64,000 nucleotides of DNA from Rhizobium sp. Q54 (lineage in GTDB: Bacteria; Pseudomonadota; Alphaproteobacteria; Rhizobiales; Xanthobacteraceae), in the NCBI GenBank assembly GCA_945861895.1, contig CAMAWF010000003.1:32798-96797 (forward strand). Reading direction: 5' to 3'. Positions 12,214 to 24,008 of this stretch are shown in pieces. Position numbers and translations under genes: made by a program. The first letter of the stretch is position 1. Every line of letters starts with the position of its first letter. A model generated the notes under the pieces. The model saw only the letters and a program-made list of their open reading frames with translations, had not been told where the DNA came from and ran no database searches.

Positions 12214-12747
12214 GTGGCAAAGAAGAAAGCAGCGACCAAAAAGCCGGGCGGAAAAAGCACTGCCGGCGCAAAGACGCTGACGCATCTCGGCGCGCGCGGG
12301 CAAGCGCGCATGGTCGACGTTTCCGCCAAGGACTCAACCGAACGGCTCGCGATCGCCGAGGGCCGGGTGCTGATGAAAAAAGAAACGCTCGATCTCGTCA
12401 TCAGGGGAAACGCAAAAAAGGGCGACGTGCTCGGCGCCGCGCGGCTCGCCGGCATCATGGCGGCCAAGCGCACCCACGGGCTGATCCCGCTTTGCCATCC
12501 GCTCCACATCACAAAAGTCGAAGTCGACATTGAGCCCGATCGCGCGCTGCCGGGCGTGATCGTGCGTGCAACCGTAAAGGTACTGGGCCAGACCGGTGTC
12601 GAGATGGAGGCGCTGACCGCGGTGTCGATCGCGTGCCTCACGATCTACGACATGGTCAAGGCGGTCGAGCGCGAGATGCACATCGAGGGCATTCGCCTGA
12701 TCGAAAAAAGCGGCGGCAAGTCCGGTCATTATCGCGCAAAGGAGTAA
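12214..12747 (+). CDS. moaC: Cyclic pyranopterin monophosphate synthase MoaC (Lys-rich N-terminal extension)
   Basis: MVDVSAK, LIPLCHP and TGVEMEALT motifs. GTG start at 12214. Confidence 0.97.
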   Translation: MAKKKAATKKPGGKSTAGAKTLTHLGARGQARMVDVSAKDSTERLAIAEGRVLMKKETLDLVIRGNAKKGDVLGAARLAGIMAAKRTHGLIPLCHPLHITKVEVDIEPDRALPGVIVRATVKVLGQTGVEMEALTAVSIACLTIYDMVKAVEREMHIEGIRLIEKSGGKSGHYRAKE

Positions 12748-12750
12748 GTC

Positions 12751-13962
12751 GTGGCGCTGATGCCGGTCGCCGAGGCACTCAAGGCCGTGCTCGACGGCGC
12801 GCAGCCATTGCCGGCTGAAACCGTGCCGCTCGCCGCAGCGCAAGGCCGCGTCCTCGCCGCCGATATTGCCGCCTTGCGCACGCAGCCACCCGCCGATGTT
12901 TCCGCCATGGACGGTTATGCGGTGCGCGCGGCCGATGTGGCGCAAACGCCGGTCACGCTGAAAACTATCGGCGAAGTTGCCGCCGGACGTCCCTTTACCG
13001 GCAATGTCAGTGCCGGCGAAGCCGCGCGCATCTTCACCGGCGGCGTATTGCCCGAAGGCGCCGACACCGTGGTCATCCAGGAAGTCACCAAACGCGACGG
13101 CGACCGGGTGGCTGTCGCCTCGGCGTCGATCAAGGGCAAACATATCCGCCGCCAGGGCGTGGATTTCGCCAAGGGCGACGTGCTGCTCGCCAAGGGCAGG
13201 CATCTGACCGGACGCGATGCGATGCTGGCTGCTGCGATGAACCATCCCAGCGTTGCGGTCTATCGCCGTCCCAAGGTCGCGATACTGGGCACCGGCGATG
13301 AACTGGTGGCGCCGGGCGGGGAACCCGGACCGGGCGAGATCGTCTATTCCAACGGCTTTGCCATTGCGGCGCTCGCCCGCGGCGAAGGCGCAGATGTCAT
13401 CGATCTCGGCATTGCGCGCGACAATCTCAACGACATCGTCGCAGCGGTGCGCCGCGCCGGCGAATCCAAAGCCGACATCCTGGCGACCACCGGCGGCGCT
13501 TCGGTCGGCGACTACGACCTGGTGCAGCAGGCGCTTGCCGCCGAGGGGCTGCAACTGTCGTTTTGGAAGGTGGCGCTGCGCCCCGGCCGGCCGATGATGC
13601 ATGGCCGCCTCGGCGCCATGCAGGTGCTCGGCCTGCCGGGAAATCCGGTCTCGGCCTATGTCTGCGCCTTGCTGTTTCTGGTGCCGCTGATCCGCCGGCT
13701 TGCCGGCCGCAGCGATCTCACGGCCGAGCCCGAATCGGCCCTGCTCGGCCGCCCGCTGCCCGCCAATGACGAGCGTGCCGACTACCTGCGGGCAACGCTC
13801 ACCAAAGACCCCAATGGCCTGCCCATTGCGACGCCTGCGGGGCTCCAGGACAGCTCTTTGATGGCAACCCTGGCAAAGGCCGATTGTCTCGTGATTCGTG
13901 AGCCTTACGCGCCCGCGGCGGCAGCGGGTTCACGCTGTGTCATCCTTAAGCTGCCCCTGTAG
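12751..13962 (+). CDS. moeA: Molybdopterin molybdotransferase MoeA
   Basis: [25 protein letters not shown] and GLPGNPVS motifs. Confidence 0.97.
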   Translation: MALMPVAEALKAVLDGAQPLPAETVPLAAAQGRVLAADIAALRTQPPADVSAMDGYAVRAADVAQTPVTLKTIGEVAAGRPFTGNVSAGEAARIFTGGVLPEGADTVVIQEVTKRDGDRVAVASASIKGKHIRRQGVDFAKGDVLLAKGRHLTGRDAMLAAAMNHPSVAVYRRPKVAILGTGDELVAPGGEPGPGEIVYSNGFAIAALARGEGADVIDLGIARDNLNDIVAAVRRAGESKADILATTGGASVGDYDLVQQALAAEGLQLSFWKVALRPGRPMMHGRLGAMQVLGLPGNPVSAYVCALLFLVPLIRRLAGRSDLTAEPESALLGRPLPANDERADYLRATLTKDPNGLPIATPAGLQDSSLMATLAKADCLVIREPYAPAAAAGSRCVILKLPL

Positions 13963-14001
13963 CGGCCTTTCGACTTGTTCACGCCAAATTAAAGGGTTGC
14001 G

Positions 14002-14042
14002 GAACAAGTATCGAACATATAGTGTCCGTTCATGATTTGTTT
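14002..14042 (+). promoter_or_regulatory. Alpha-type LexA operators upstream of lexA (autoregulation)
   Basis: Perfect GAAC-AAGTATC-GAAC at 14002-14016 and near-consensus GTTC-ATGATTT-GTTT at 14028-14042, flanking a TATAGT -10-like hexamer at 14018-14023. Confidence 0.85.
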
Positions 14043-14093
14043 CGGACCAGTTCTTGCTCTTCCTTGCGAACGTCCTTTGGGGAGGACCCCGCG

Positions 14094-14798
14094 ATGCTGA
14101 CCCGCAAACAGTTCGAGCTTCTGCGTTTCATCCACGAGCGCCTCACCGAGCAGGGGGTGCCGCCCTCGTTCGATGAGATGAAGGACGCTCTGGACCTGCG
14201 TTCCAAATCCGGCATCCACCGGCTGATCACCGCGCTGGAGGAACGCGGCTTCATCCGCCGCCTGCCCAACCGAGCCCGCGCCATCGAGGTGATCAAGCTG
14301 CCCGACTCTGTGGCGCACGGCATCGGCGGCGGACGCTCGCGCAAATTCACCCCGAGCGTGATCGAAGGCGATCTCGGCCGCGTGCGCGCCACCTCCGAAG
14401 ACGACAACAGCGGACGCCCGATCGCGGTGCCGGTGATGGGACGCATCGCCGCCGGCACGCCGATCGAAGCGATCCAGACCCGCAGCCACGTCATCAACAT
14501 GCCGGCGGACCTGCTCACGGCCGGCGAGCACTTCGCGCTCGAAGTGCGCGGCGATTCCATGATCGAAGCCGGCATTCTGGACGGCGATATGGCGCTCATC
14601 CGCCGCACGGAATCCGCCGACACCGGCGATATTGTCGTCGCACTGATCGACGACGAGGAAGCAACCCTCAAGCGCTTCCGCCGCCGCGGTGCCTCGATCG
14701 CGCTGGAGCCGGCGAACACCTCCTACGAGGTGCGCATCCTGCCGCCCAATCGCGTGCGCATCCAGGGCAAGCTGGTCGTGCTGTTCCGGCGCTACTAA
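14094..14798 (+). CDS. lexA: SOS repressor LexA
   Basis: [10 protein letters not shown] winged-HTH, IAAG cleavage site, GDSM Ser and TLKR Lys dyad. Start ATG 14094. Confidence 0.99.
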   Translation: MLTRKQFELLRFIHERLTEQGVPPSFDEMKDALDLRSKSGIHRLITALEERGFIRRLPNRARAIEVIKLPDSVAHGIGGGRSRKFTPSVIEGDLGRVRATSEDDNSGRPIAVPVMGRIAAGTPIEAIQTRSHVINMPADLLTAGEHFALEVRGDSMIEAGILDGDMALIRRTESADTGDIVVALIDDEEATLKRFRRRGASIALEPANTSYEVRILPPNRVRIQGKLVVLFRRY

Positions 14799-14813
14799 GC
14801 GCGGCCGTCGTCC

Positions 14814-17084
14814 TTAATCCCCCGGCTCCAAATCCTCCGTCCGCGGCGCGGCATCGCGCAGCACGGGCCGGCTTGTCGGCATGACGGCGGCATCCGCCAC
14901 AGGCGGCGGCGCACGCGACCACGGCCGGTCATAGCCGCCGGGCCGCGCGATGCTGATAGCTAATTCATCGCCGCGCCAGCGCAACGCCATCGCCCCGGAT
15001 TGCCGCCACACTTTGCGGTCGATCAATGTCGCCGCACAGGCGGCGGGCGCCTCGCGCGGACTGGCCACGACCGCGGCGCGGGCGCAGTCTTCCTCGAACG
15101 CCTCGGCGGAAAGCGCCAGCGCAACCAGGCGTCCGTCGGCAAGGCGCGCGATGCAGCCGGCCTCGTCGCAACGCACGCCATCGGCCAAGCTCTTGTCCTT
15201 GACGGTGCGCGCGTCGCCGTCGGCGGCGAGCCATTCGCGCACGGCAAAAGTGTCGCTGCCGCTGCGCATGACGACAAGCCGCCCGTCCGCGCCGCGCACC
15301 GCAACCGCCTGGCCGTTTGACGCGATCAGCACGTCGGGCCGCGGCGTTTGGATCGCCCACAGGCTGGCCGCAATCACCAGCCCTGCCCCAACCCACCGCA
15401 GCGGCGTCCGCAACAGACAAAGCACAAGCAGCCCAGCGGTGCCGATCAGCAGCGGTCCGGTGCCGAACGCCTGAATACGTCCGACCGCGCCCGGCAGGCT
15501 TGTCACCCACAGCGCGACTGCGATCATCCAGTCGATGCCGTCGCCCATCAGCCGCCAGAATATGCCGTCGAAACCGAACGGCATCGCGACGATGCCGAGA
15601 ATGCCCATCGGCATCACCCACACCGACACCACCGGCATGGCAAAAAGATTGGCGAGCACCCCATAGGGCGCCAGCCGATGAAAGTGATAGGCGGCATAGA
15701 GCGTGGTGGCGAGGCCCGCAACAAGCGACGCCAGAATAAGCCCGGCGATCTCACGCGTGCCCCACAGCGCCGCGCGGGCGCCCAGTGAGGTTTCCGCATC
15801 CGCCTTCCACGGCAGACCGTGTTGATAGGCCGCGATCAAGGCGAGCGTCGCGGCAAACGACATCTGGAAACTGGGATGCACGAGCGATTGCGGCGCGAGC
15901 AGCAGCACGCCGAAGGCGGCAACCGTGAGCGTGCGAAATGTCAGCGCCGCGCGGTCGAGCATCACGCCGATGAGCACGATGGCGATCATGATGAATGAAC
16001 GCTGCGTCGCCACCTCCGCGCCCGAGAGCAGCAGATAGAACGCCGCTGCAATGAGCGCCGCCAGCGCCGCCCATTTTTTTATCGGATGGCGGTTGGCCGC
16101 GGCCGTACTGAGCGCGAGCGAGGCGCGCACGAAGAAAAACACGATGCCCGCCACCACCGCCATGTGATAGCCGGAGATCGACAGCACGTGCGCAAGACTG
16201 GAAATATACATGGCATCGTTGACCGGCGCGGAGATGGCATCGCGTTTGCCGGTGATCAGCGCGGAAGCGATGGCGCCCCTGTCGCCGGGCAACACCGCAC
16301 GAATACGCTTGTCGATGCCATCGCGCAGCCCGTCGATGAAAGCCGCATAGCGCAGCCACAATCCGGGCGGCACCGGCGGCTGCGCCGGCTTGATTGCACC
16401 GAGCGCGAAGCCGGAAGCGCCAATGCCCTGAAAATACAGATCGCGGGCAAAGTCGTAGCCGCCGGGGCGCAGCGGCGGCAGCGGCGGAGAAAGCCGCGCC
16501 TTGAACTCGACGAAAGCGCCGACGGCGGGCGCCGTGCCCTTGCGCACCGCCACCCGTACGCGATCGGGCGCATCGTTGAGCCGCCGGCCCTCGATGCGAT
16601 GAACGCGAACGACGATGCGATCGGTGCGCTCGCGCTCTTCCCGCGTCTCGACGAAGCCCGCGATGGCGACGCCGGATGCGGGAAAATGCAAAACCGGATG
16701 GGCGACGATGGCGCTTTTAAGGGTTGCCGTGGCAAAGCCGGCGGCAGCCGCCGCAAAGGCAAGCGCGAGCGGAAATGCCAGCGGCCGGTTGCGCGCAAGA
16801 ACTGCGAGCGTAACGCCGATCAGCGTCAATGTTGCCGCCGCCCAGACCGCGGGTTCCCGGTCGGCGGCAAAATAGAGCGCAATGCCCAAACCGAACGCGA
16901 CCGGCAGCCACGGCACCAGCCGCCCGGGAGCAACTTCCGCGATCGCCCATTTCGACAGGATTTCGCGCAGACCGCGCGCGGCGGCAGTCAAGTCCGCCGG
17001 CCATATTAATGGCCGCCAGCGTCCGGCGGAAATATCCCAAGTCCGACCCCGCGCACGCCCGCGCGGCTCGTCCGGTTGAGTCAT
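14814..17084 (-). CDS. comEC: ComEC/Rec2 competence protein (DUF4131 + Competence domain)
   Basis: GGYDFARD, LAHVLSISGYH, ATQRSFIM and SFQMSF motifs; lexA/gltX neighbourhood. Confidence 0.95.
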   Translation of the reverse strand: MTQPDEPRGRARGRTWDISAGRWRPLIWPADLTAAARGLREILSKWAIAEVAPGRLVPWLPVAFGLGIALYFAADREPAVWAAATLTLIGVTLAVLARNRPLAFPLALAFAAAAAGFATATLKSAIVAHPVLHFPASGVAIAGFVETREERERTDRIVVRVHRIEGRRLNDAPDRVRVAVRKGTAPAVGAFVEFKARLSPPLPPLRPGGYDFARDLYFQGIGASGFALGAIKPAQPPVPPGLWLRYAAFIDGLRDGIDKRIRAVLPGDRGAIASALITGKRDAISAPVNDAMYISSLAHVLSISGYHMAVVAGIVFFFVRASLALSTAAANRHPIKKWAALAALIAAAFYLLLSGAEVATQRSFIMIAIVLIGVMLDRAALTFRTLTVAAFGVLLLAPQSLVHPSFQMSFAATLALIAAYQHGLPWKADAETSLGARAALWGTREIAGLILASLVAGLATTLYAAYHFHRLAPYGVLANLFAMPVVSVWVMPMGILGIVAMPFGFDGIFWRLMGDGIDWMIAVALWVTSLPGAVGRIQAFGTGPLLIGTAGLLVLCLLRTPLRWVGAGLVIAASLWAIQTPRPDVLIASNGQAVAVRGADGRLVVMRSGSDTFAVREWLAADGDARTVKDKSLADGVRCDEAGCIARLADGRLVALALSAEAFEEDCARAAVVASPREAPAACAATLIDRKVWRQSGAMALRWRGDELAISIARPGGYDRPWSRAPPPVADAAVMPTSRPVLRDAAPRTEDLEPGD

Positions 17085-17140
17085 GACGCCCCCGCGCCGC
17101 TCGCTAACCAGAGGCCATGCTACATCAAACGCGCGGGTGC

Positions 17141-18841
17141 TTATCCAGTCTTTCCGCCGGTCGCGGGGATTGCGGTTATTTTCGCATAGGTGTCGCGCAG
17201 GCCGAGCGTGCGATTAAACACCAGACCTCCCGGCGCGGAGCTGCGGTCGCGGCAGAAATAGCCTTGCCGCTCGAACTGCACCGGATGCTCCCAGGTGGCC
17301 ATCGAAGGCTCGATCCGGCAATCGGTGAGCAGCTCGCACGACTGCGGATTGATATCCTTTGCAAATTCAGATGCGCTTGGATCCGGCCGGGTGAACAGCG
17401 GATTGTACAGCCGCACATGCGCCGGCACGGCGTCGGCAGCCGACACCCAATGTATGGTCCCCTTCACCTTGCGCCCGTCCGGCGCGTTGCCGCCGCGCGT
17501 TGCAGGATCGTAACTGCAGCGCAATTCGACCACCTCACCGGCTGCGTTCTTGATCGTTTCGCGGCAGGTGATGAAATACGCGTAGCGCAGCCGCACTTCG
17601 CGCCCGGGCGCAAGGCGAAAGAATTTCTTCTCAGGAGTTTCCATGAAGTCGTCGCGCTCGATATAGATTTCGCGGCCAAAGCGAATACGCCGCGTGCCGG
17701 CGGCTGTATCTTCCGGGTGATTGACCGCTTCGAGCTCCTCGCCCTCACCTTGCGAGTAATTCTCGATTGTCACTTTCAGCGGACGCAGCACCGCCATCCG
17801 CCGTTGCGCCGTCGCATTGAGAACTTCGCGGATCGAGAACTCCAGCATGCCGATATCGACCACGCTGTTGGCCTTGGCGACGCCGATCCGCTTGATGAAA
17901 TCGCGGATCGCCTCCGGCGGCACGCCGCGCCGTCGTAGCCCGGCCAGCGTCGGCATGCGCGGATCATCCCAGCCCTCGACGTGGCCGCCCTTCACCAGTT
18001 CGGTGAGGACGCGCTTGGAGAGCAGCGCGTAACTGAGATTGAGCCGCGCGAATTCGTACTGCCGCGGCCGCGAGGGCACCGGCAGATTGTCGAGAAACCA
18101 GTCGTAGAGCGGCCGATGGTCCTCGAATTCGAGCGTGCAAATGGAGTGCGTGATGCCCTCGATGGCGTCCGATTGCCCGTGCGCGAAGTCGTAGCTCGGA
18201 TAGATGCTCCAGGCCGTGCCGGTGCGCGGATGACTGGCGTGGAGAATGCGGTAGAGCGCCGGATCGCGCAGGTTGATATTGCCGGAGGCCATGTCGATCT
18301 TGGCCCGCAATACGCGCGCGCCGTTGGGAAACTCGCCGGCGCGCATGCGGGCAAAAAGATCGAGATTTTCCTCCACTTTACGGTCGCGGTACGGGCTGTT
18401 GCGCCCCGGCTCGGTGAGCGTGCCGCGCGTGGCGCGCATGTCTTCCTGCGTCTGGTCGTCGACATAGGCTTTGCCGGCGCGGATGAGGTGCTGGCCCCAG
18501 GTGTAAAGCTGCTCGAAATGGTCGGACGCGTGATAGAGGTGCTCGCCCCAGTCGAAGCCGAGCCAGCGGACATCCGCCTTGATGGCGTCGATATATTCCT
18601 GCTCTTCCTTGGTGGGGTTGGTGTCGTCGAAGCGCAGGTGGCAGCGTCCGCCGAATTCCTCGGCGACGCCGAAATTCAGGCAAATGGATTTGGCGTGGCC
18701 GATGTGCAGATAGCCGTTCGGCTCCGGCGGGAAGCGGGTGACCACCTTGGAGCTGCGCTTGGAATCGAGGTCGGCCGCGATGATGTCGCGGATGAAGTCG
18801 CGCCCCGCCGATTCACTAATTGACGTTTCGCCTATGGCCAT
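17141..18841 (-). CDS. glnS: Glutamine--tRNA ligase
   Basis: [44 protein letters not shown] and QFERQGYF motifs. Confidence 0.96.
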   Translation of the reverse strand: MAIGETSISESAGRDFIRDIIAADLDSKRSSKVVTRFPPEPNGYLHIGHAKSICLNFGVAEEFGGRCHLRFDDTNPTKEEQEYIDAIKADVRWLGFDWGEHLYHASDHFEQLYTWGQHLIRAGKAYVDDQTQEDMRATRGTLTEPGRNSPYRDRKVEENLDLFARMRAGEFPNGARVLRAKIDMASGNINLRDPALYRILHASHPRTGTAWSIYPSYDFAHGQSDAIEGITHSICTLEFEDHRPLYDWFLDNLPVPSRPRQYEFARLNLSYALLSKRVLTELVKGGHVEGWDDPRMPTLAGLRRRGVPPEAIRDFIKRIGVAKANSVVDIGMLEFSIREVLNATAQRRMAVLRPLKVTIENYSQGEGEELEAVNHPEDTAAGTRRIRFGREIYIERDDFMETPEKKFFRLAPGREVRLRYAYFITCRETIKNAAGEVVELRCSYDPATRGGNAPDGRKVKGTIHWVSAADAVPAHVRLYNPLFTRPDPSASEFAKDINPQSCELLTDCRIEPSMATWEHPVQFERQGYFCRDRSSAPGGLVFNRTLGLRDTYAKITAIPATGGKTG

Positions 18842-18965
18842 GCTGCTTCAATCCCAATCCCAGTCCTCGTTGCGGCCACGCCGCATCAGGCGGCCTATGC
18901 CATGACGTGCGCTTGCGCTCAATGTCAATTGGTCTGCCAGCGAACGCTGTGATACACGGGCCGCG

Positions 18966-20387
18966 ATGACCGAACCCGTCGTGGCACGATTTGCCCCCTC
19001 GCCCACCGGCTTTCTCCACATTGGCGGAGCCCGGACGGCACTGTTCAACTGGCTCTATGCGCGCGGCCGCGGCGGGAAAATGCTGCTCCGCATCGAGGAC
19101 ACCGACCGCGAGCGCTCGACCGAGCCGGCCATCGCCGCCATTCTCGACGGGCTGACATGGCTGGGAATCGATTGGGACGGCGACACCGTCTACCAATTTT
19201 CCCGCTCCGCGCGGCACCGGGAAATCGCCGAGCAATTGCTGGCGGCCGGCAAGGCCTATCGCTGCTACGCCTCGCCGGAAGAACTCACCGAAATGCGCGA
19301 GGCGGCACGGCGCGAGGGGCGCTCGAAGCTCTACGACGGCCGCTGGCGCGACCGCGACCCTGGGCAGGCACCGCCCGGCGTCAAGCCCGTGATCCGCCTG
19401 AAGGCGCCGGCAAACGGCGAAACCGCGGTCGAGGACAAAGTGCAGGGCCGCGTGGTATGGCAGAACGGGAATCTCGACGATTTCGTGCTGCTACGCTCGG
19501 ACGGCACCCCGACCTATATGCTCGCCGTGGTGGTCGACGACCATGACATGAACGTCACGCATGTCATCCGCGGCGACGATCACCTCAACAATGCCGCGCG
19601 CCAGACGCAGATTTACAATGCGCTCGGCTGGCGCGTGCCGGCGATGGCGCACATCCCGCTGATCCACGGGCCGGACGGCTCGAAACTCTCGAAGCGTCAC
19701 GGCGCGCTCGGCGTCGATGCCTACCGCGCCATGGGTTATCTGCCGTCGGCGATGCGCAATTACCTGGTGCGGCTCGGCTGGGCCCACGGCGACCAGGAAA
19801 CCTTCACGACCGAAGAAATGATCGCCGCCTTCGACCTGCCCGCCATCGGACGCTCGCCCGCGCGGTTTGACTTTGCCAAACTCGAAAGCCTCAATGGCCA
19901 GTATATGCGCGCCACGGCGGACGCCGATCTGATCGCCGAGCTCGAACGGGTGCTGCCCTTTATCGCCGGCGGCAATCAACTTGCGGCGAAAATGACGCCA
20001 GCGTTGCGCGAAACATTGCTGGCCGCCATGCCGGGCCTGAAAGAGCGCGCCAAGTCGCTGGTCGAGCTTTTCGACAGCGCGCGTTTTCTGTGGGCCGAGC
20101 GGCCGCTCGCTCTCGACGACAACGCCAAGGCGCTGCTCACCCCGCAGGCGCATCTATTGATCGGCGAGCTGATCCCCAAATTCGAGGCGAACAATTCCTG
20201 GAGCGCCGCGTCCACCGAAGCGGATGTGCGCGCTTTCGTCGAGCGCAGCGGCCTCAAGCTCGGCACCGTCGCGCAACCGCTGCGCGCGGCATTGACCGGG
20301 CGGACCACCTCGCCGCCGATTTTTGACGTGCTGGCGGTACTGGGGAAAGACGAAAGTCTAGCCCGTCTGCGCGACCAGGCAGGCTAA
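18966..20387 (+). CDS. gltX: Glutamate--tRNA ligase
   Basis: [21 protein letters not shown] and KLSKR motifs. Confidence 0.98.
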   Translation: MTEPVVARFAPSPTGFLHIGGARTALFNWLYARGRGGKMLLRIEDTDRERSTEPAIAAILDGLTWLGIDWDGDTVYQFSRSARHREIAEQLLAAGKAYRCYASPEELTEMREAARREGRSKLYDGRWRDRDPGQAPPGVKPVIRLKAPANGETAVEDKVQGRVVWQNGNLDDFVLLRSDGTPTYMLAVVVDDHDMNVTHVIRGDDHLNNAARQTQIYNALGWRVPAMAHIPLIHGPDGSKLSKRHGALGVDAYRAMGYLPSAMRNYLVRLGWAHGDQETFTTEEMIAAFDLPAIGRSPARFDFAKLESLNGQYMRATADADLIAELERVLPFIAGGNQLAAKMTPALRETLLAAMPGLKERAKSLVELFDSARFLWAERPLALDDNAKALLTPQAHLLIGELIPKFEANNSWSAASTEADVRAFVERSGLKLGTVAQPLRAALTGRTTSPPIFDVLAVLGKDESLARLRDQAG

Positions 20388-20528
20388 AATACATTTCAAT
20401 TCGACTGCCGCGCCAGCCGCAGGACATCGGCCTTGGCGCGCCAGTATGGACAGCAACCGGCAAGGTTGCCTCAGCTTGCGGCGCACAGTTGGATAAGCTA
20501 CGCAAAAGTACCTCTCGAGGGCCCAATC

Positions 20529-21851
20529 ATGGACGCGAAATCAGGCGGCACGACCGACAAAAAGACCGCAGCCGGCAGGCTTACCGTCGGCAACAAGAAT
20601 TACGATTTTCCGGTCTACAGCGGGAGCATCGGCCCGGACGTGATCGACATCGCCAAGCTTTATGGCGAGAGCGGGATGTTCACCTACGATCCCGGCTTCA
20701 CCTCGACGGCGAGTTGCGAGTCCAAGATCACCTATATCGACGGCGATGCCGGCGTGCTGCTTTATCGCGGCTATCCGATCGAGCAACTGGCAGAGCACGG
20801 CGATTTTCTCGAGACCTGTTATCTCCTGCTCTACGGTGAGCTCCCGACGCCGACGCAAAAGGCGGATTTCGACTATCGCGTGAACCGGCACACGATGGTG
20901 CACGAGCAGATGAGCCGGTTCTTCCAGGGCTTCCGCCGCGACGCGCATCCGATGGCGGTGCTGGTCGGCAGCGTCGGCGCGCTCTCCGCCTTCTATCACG
21001 ACTCCACCGATATTTCGGACCCGCATCAGCGCATGATCGCCTCGATCCGCATGATCGCGAAAATTCCGACGCTGTCCGCCATGGCTTACAAATATTCCGT
21101 CGGCCAGCCGTTCGTGTACCCCAAGAACGATCTCGATTATGCCTCGAATTTCCTGCGCATGTGCTTTGCGGTGCCGACCGAGGACTACACCGCCAATCCG
21201 GTGCTCGCGCGCGCGATGGACCGCATCTTCATCCTGCACGCCGACCACGAGCAAAACGCCTCGACGTCCACTGTGCGGCTTGCCGGCTCCTCCGGCGCCA
21301 ATCCGTTCGCCTGCATCGCGGCCGGCTGCGCGTGTTTGTGGGGCCCCGCGCATGGCGGCGCCAACGAAGCGGCGCTCAACATGCTGGGCGAAATCGCGCG
21401 GCCCGAACGCATTCCGGAATTCGTCAAGCGCGCCAAGGACAAGAACGATTCATTCCGCCTGATGGGCTTCGGCCATCGCGTCTACAAGAATTACGACCCG
21501 CGCGCCAAGATTTTGCAACAGACCTGCCACGAGGTCTTAAACGAACTCGGCATCAAGGACGATCCGCTGCTGGAAGTTGCGATGGAGCTGGAAAAGGTCG
21601 CGCTACACGACGACTATTTCCTGGAAAAGAAGCTGTATCCGAATGTCGACTTCTATTCGGGCATCACGCTCAAGGCGATGGGCTTCCCCACCACCATGTT
21701 CACCGTGCTGTTCGCGCTCGCGCGCACGGTCGGCTGGATCGCCCAGTGGAAAGAGATGATCGAGGATCCCAAGCAGAAGATCGGCCGGCCGCGCCAGCTT
21801 TATACCGGCGCCACGCGCCGCGACTACGTTCCGATCTCGCGGCGGAAGTAA
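20529..21851 (+). CDS. gltA: Citrate synthase (type II)
   Basis: [37 protein letters not shown] and YPNVDFYSG motifs. Start ATG 20529. Confidence 0.99.
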   Translation: MDAKSGGTTDKKTAAGRLTVGNKNYDFPVYSGSIGPDVIDIAKLYGESGMFTYDPGFTSTASCESKITYIDGDAGVLLYRGYPIEQLAEHGDFLETCYLLLYGELPTPTQKADFDYRVNRHTMVHEQMSRFFQGFRRDAHPMAVLVGSVGALSAFYHDSTDISDPHQRMIASIRMIAKIPTLSAMAYKYSVGQPFVYPKNDLDYASNFLRMCFAVPTEDYTANPVLARAMDRIFILHADHEQNASTSTVRLAGSSGANPFACIAAGCACLWGPAHGGANEAALNMLGEIARPERIPEFVKRAKDKNDSFRLMGFGHRVYKNYDPRAKILQQTCHEVLNELGIKDDPLLEVAMELEKVALHDDYFLEKKLYPNVDFYSGITLKAMGFPTTMFTVLFALARTVGWIAQWKEMIEDPKQKIGRPRQLYTGATRRDYVPISRRK

Positions 21852-22126
21852 GCAGCCCTGACGTCGCGAGCGGTCCGAGACACCACCGCAAACATCGGAA
21901 GCTATCACCTTCGGCACCGTTGCGGCTGCGCTTGAACGTTGCGTTTGACTAAACGGCTCGCGCGCCCGATCGGTTGCCCGATCGCGGCCGACGCCCTGTG
22001 TCTGTCTTGTAGGAAGGCCGGAATAGGGCGTAGATTCATGCCGGTTCGGGAGCTACCCGCGACGATGGCGAGATAGCGAAGCGCGCCAGCCGGGTGCCGG
22101 CCGACGCCACACGATGGAGCACAGCC

Positions 22127-23140
22127 ATGATCCCAAGCGGTTCACCCATTCGATCTGGCGCTGCCGTCACCACTTCGATCGCCGCCGTTCTGCTGTCCGC
22201 CGTCCTTATGGCACCACTATCCCGGTCCGCCATCGCCGCGGAGCAGATGAAAGTCGTCGTTGGCTTCGCGGCCGGAAGCGGTGTCGATGTCATCGCGCGC
22301 CTGGTCGCGGAGCGCGTCCGCGTGGCGACGGGCACGACCGTTATCGTCGAGAACCGGCCCGGAGGCGGGGGACGCGTGGCCGCCGACGTGGTGGCCCATT
22401 CCGATCCGAACGGCGCCACACTTCTTTTCGCTCCTATCGTGACGACGGCCTTCACGCCGTTCGTGTTCAAGAAGCTGAGCTTCGATCCGCTCAAGGACCT
22501 CGCGCCGATCACGCGCGTGGGCAATTTCAAGTTCACACTTGCGCTCAACAACAACGTTCCGGCCGACACCGTGAAGGAATTCGTCGCCTATGTGAAAGCC
22601 AATCCCGGCAAGATCAGCTACGCGTCGGGGGGAGCGGGAACCCCGATGCATTTCCTCGGCGCGATGTTCAACCAGGCAACCGGCACCGATCTGCTGCACG
22701 TTCCGTATGGCGGGTCCGGCCCTGCCGCTGTTGCTATCCTGGGCGGCCAGGTGCACTCGGCATTCAACACCACGGTGGCGATGGGACCGCTGTACAAGGA
22801 CAAGAAGGTCAAGCTCTTGGCCGTTACCGGTTCCAAGCGCTCGCCGACACTTCCCGACGTTCCGACCTTCGGCGAGTTGAAGATGAATCTGGGGGACATC
22901 GAGAGCGCCGAAATGTGGTACGGCTTCCTCGCGCAAGGCAAAACGCCACCGGCCGTCATCCAGAAGCTCAATGCTATTCTGGTCGATGCGATCAAGGACC
23001 CGACTGTGCGCGCGCGATTGGAGACCCTCGATATCGAAGTGGCGACCGACACGCCGGAAGCGTTCGCCAAGATCGTCGCCGCCGACTACGAGCGCTGGGG
23101 TCGCGTCATCAAGGCGAGTGGTTTCACTTTGAGCGAATAG
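22127..23140 (+). CDS. Tripartite tricarboxylate transporter substrate-binding protein (Bug/TctC family)
   Basis: Signal peptide; VVGFAAGSGVDVIAR, VENRPGGGG, PYGGSGPA and PTLPDVPT motifs. GGAG RBS before ATG 22127. Confidence 0.93.
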   Translation: MIPSGSPIRSGAAVTTSIAAVLLSAVLMAPLSRSAIAAEQMKVVVGFAAGSGVDVIARLVAERVRVATGTTVIVENRPGGGGRVAADVVAHSDPNGATLLFAPIVTTAFTPFVFKKLSFDPLKDLAPITRVGNFKFTLALNNNVPADTVKEFVAYVKANPGKISYASGGAGTPMHFLGAMFNQATGTDLLHVPYGGSGPAAVAILGGQVHSAFNTTVAMGPLYKDKKVKLLAVTGSKRSPTLPDVPTFGELKMNLGDIESAEMWYGFLAQGKTPPAVIQKLNAILVDAIKDPTVRARLETLDIEVATDTPEAFAKIVAADYERWGRVIKASGFTLSE

Positions 23141-23159
23141 ATCCACGGCACCCGTACGC

Positions 23160-24008
23160 ATGAAGGTCATTCTCCTCGGGACAGGGGGCCCCCGGCCCGA
23201 CCCCAAGCGCAACGCCACGACAACGCTGATCCGAATCGGCGAGGAGAACATCCTGTTCGACGCCGGGCGCGGCGTGGTCATCCAACTGGTGCGCGCCGGT
23301 GTGCCGCTTGCCGCCGTCAATCCGGTGTTCATCACACATCATCACATCGACCATATCGGCGATCTCTACGACCTGATGCTCTCGACCTGGATGCACGGGC
23401 GCAAGGACGCGCTGCGCATCTATGGCCCGCCGGAGACCCGGCGCATCGTCGATACGCTGCTGACCCAGGTGTACGACAAGGACTGGCAATGGCGCTCGAT
23501 CGGCGAGCCGGCGCTCGGCGGCTGGAAGCCCGTGGTCGCCGAGGATGTCGCGACCGGCCTGGTGCTCGACACCGGCCGCTGGAAGGTAAGCGCCGACATC
23601 GTGAACCACGGCGACGGACTTGGATTCCCGGCCGCGTTCCTGGAGCGATGGACCTGCTACGGCTACCGGTTCGAGGCCGAAGGCAAGGTGATCGCCATCA
23701 GCGGCGACACGATCCCCTGCGACGGCCTCGACCGCCTCGCCCGCGACGCCGACGTCCTGGTGCACTGCTGCTACATGGCGACGGCGGAAGCCGAGAACGA
23801 GCACTTCCGCAAGCTGCTGCAGCACACGATGTCGGGCGGCGACACGGTCGGCAAGACCGCGACCCGGGCCAATGCGAAGACGCTGGTGCTGACCCACCAC
23901 CGGCCGCGCAAGGACGAGCGCATGCTAAAGAAGCTGGCCGAAGAGGTCGCCCGCGACTTCTCCGGCCGCATCGTCATCGGCGAGGATCTAACCGAGATCG
24001 ACGTGTAA
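23160..24008 (+). CDS. Metallo-beta-lactamase-fold hydrolase, RNase Z/AtsA-like subfamily
   Basis: LLGTGGP, FDAG, THHHIDH (HxHxDH), YGP, SGDT and LTHH motifs. Confidence 0.9.
   Translation: MKVILLGTGGPRPDPKRNATTTLIRIGEENILFDAGRGVVIQLVRAGVPLAAVNPVFITHHHIDHIGDLYDLMLSTWMHGRKDALRIYGPPETRRIVDTLLTQVYDKDWQWRSIGEPALGGWKPVVAEDVATGLVLDTGRWKVSADIVNHGDGLGFPAAFLERWTCYGYRFEAEGKVIAISGDTIPCDGLDRLARDADVLVHCCYMATAEAENEHFRKLLQHTMSGGDTVGKTATRANAKTLVLTHHRPRKDERMLKKLAEEVARDFSGRIVIGEDLTEIDV

Noticed and set aside
21852-21990. Possible structured RNA downstream of gltA (several short inverted repeats)
   Set aside because: The stems are short and imperfect, expected by chance at this GC content, with no U tract or recognisable riboswitch motif.
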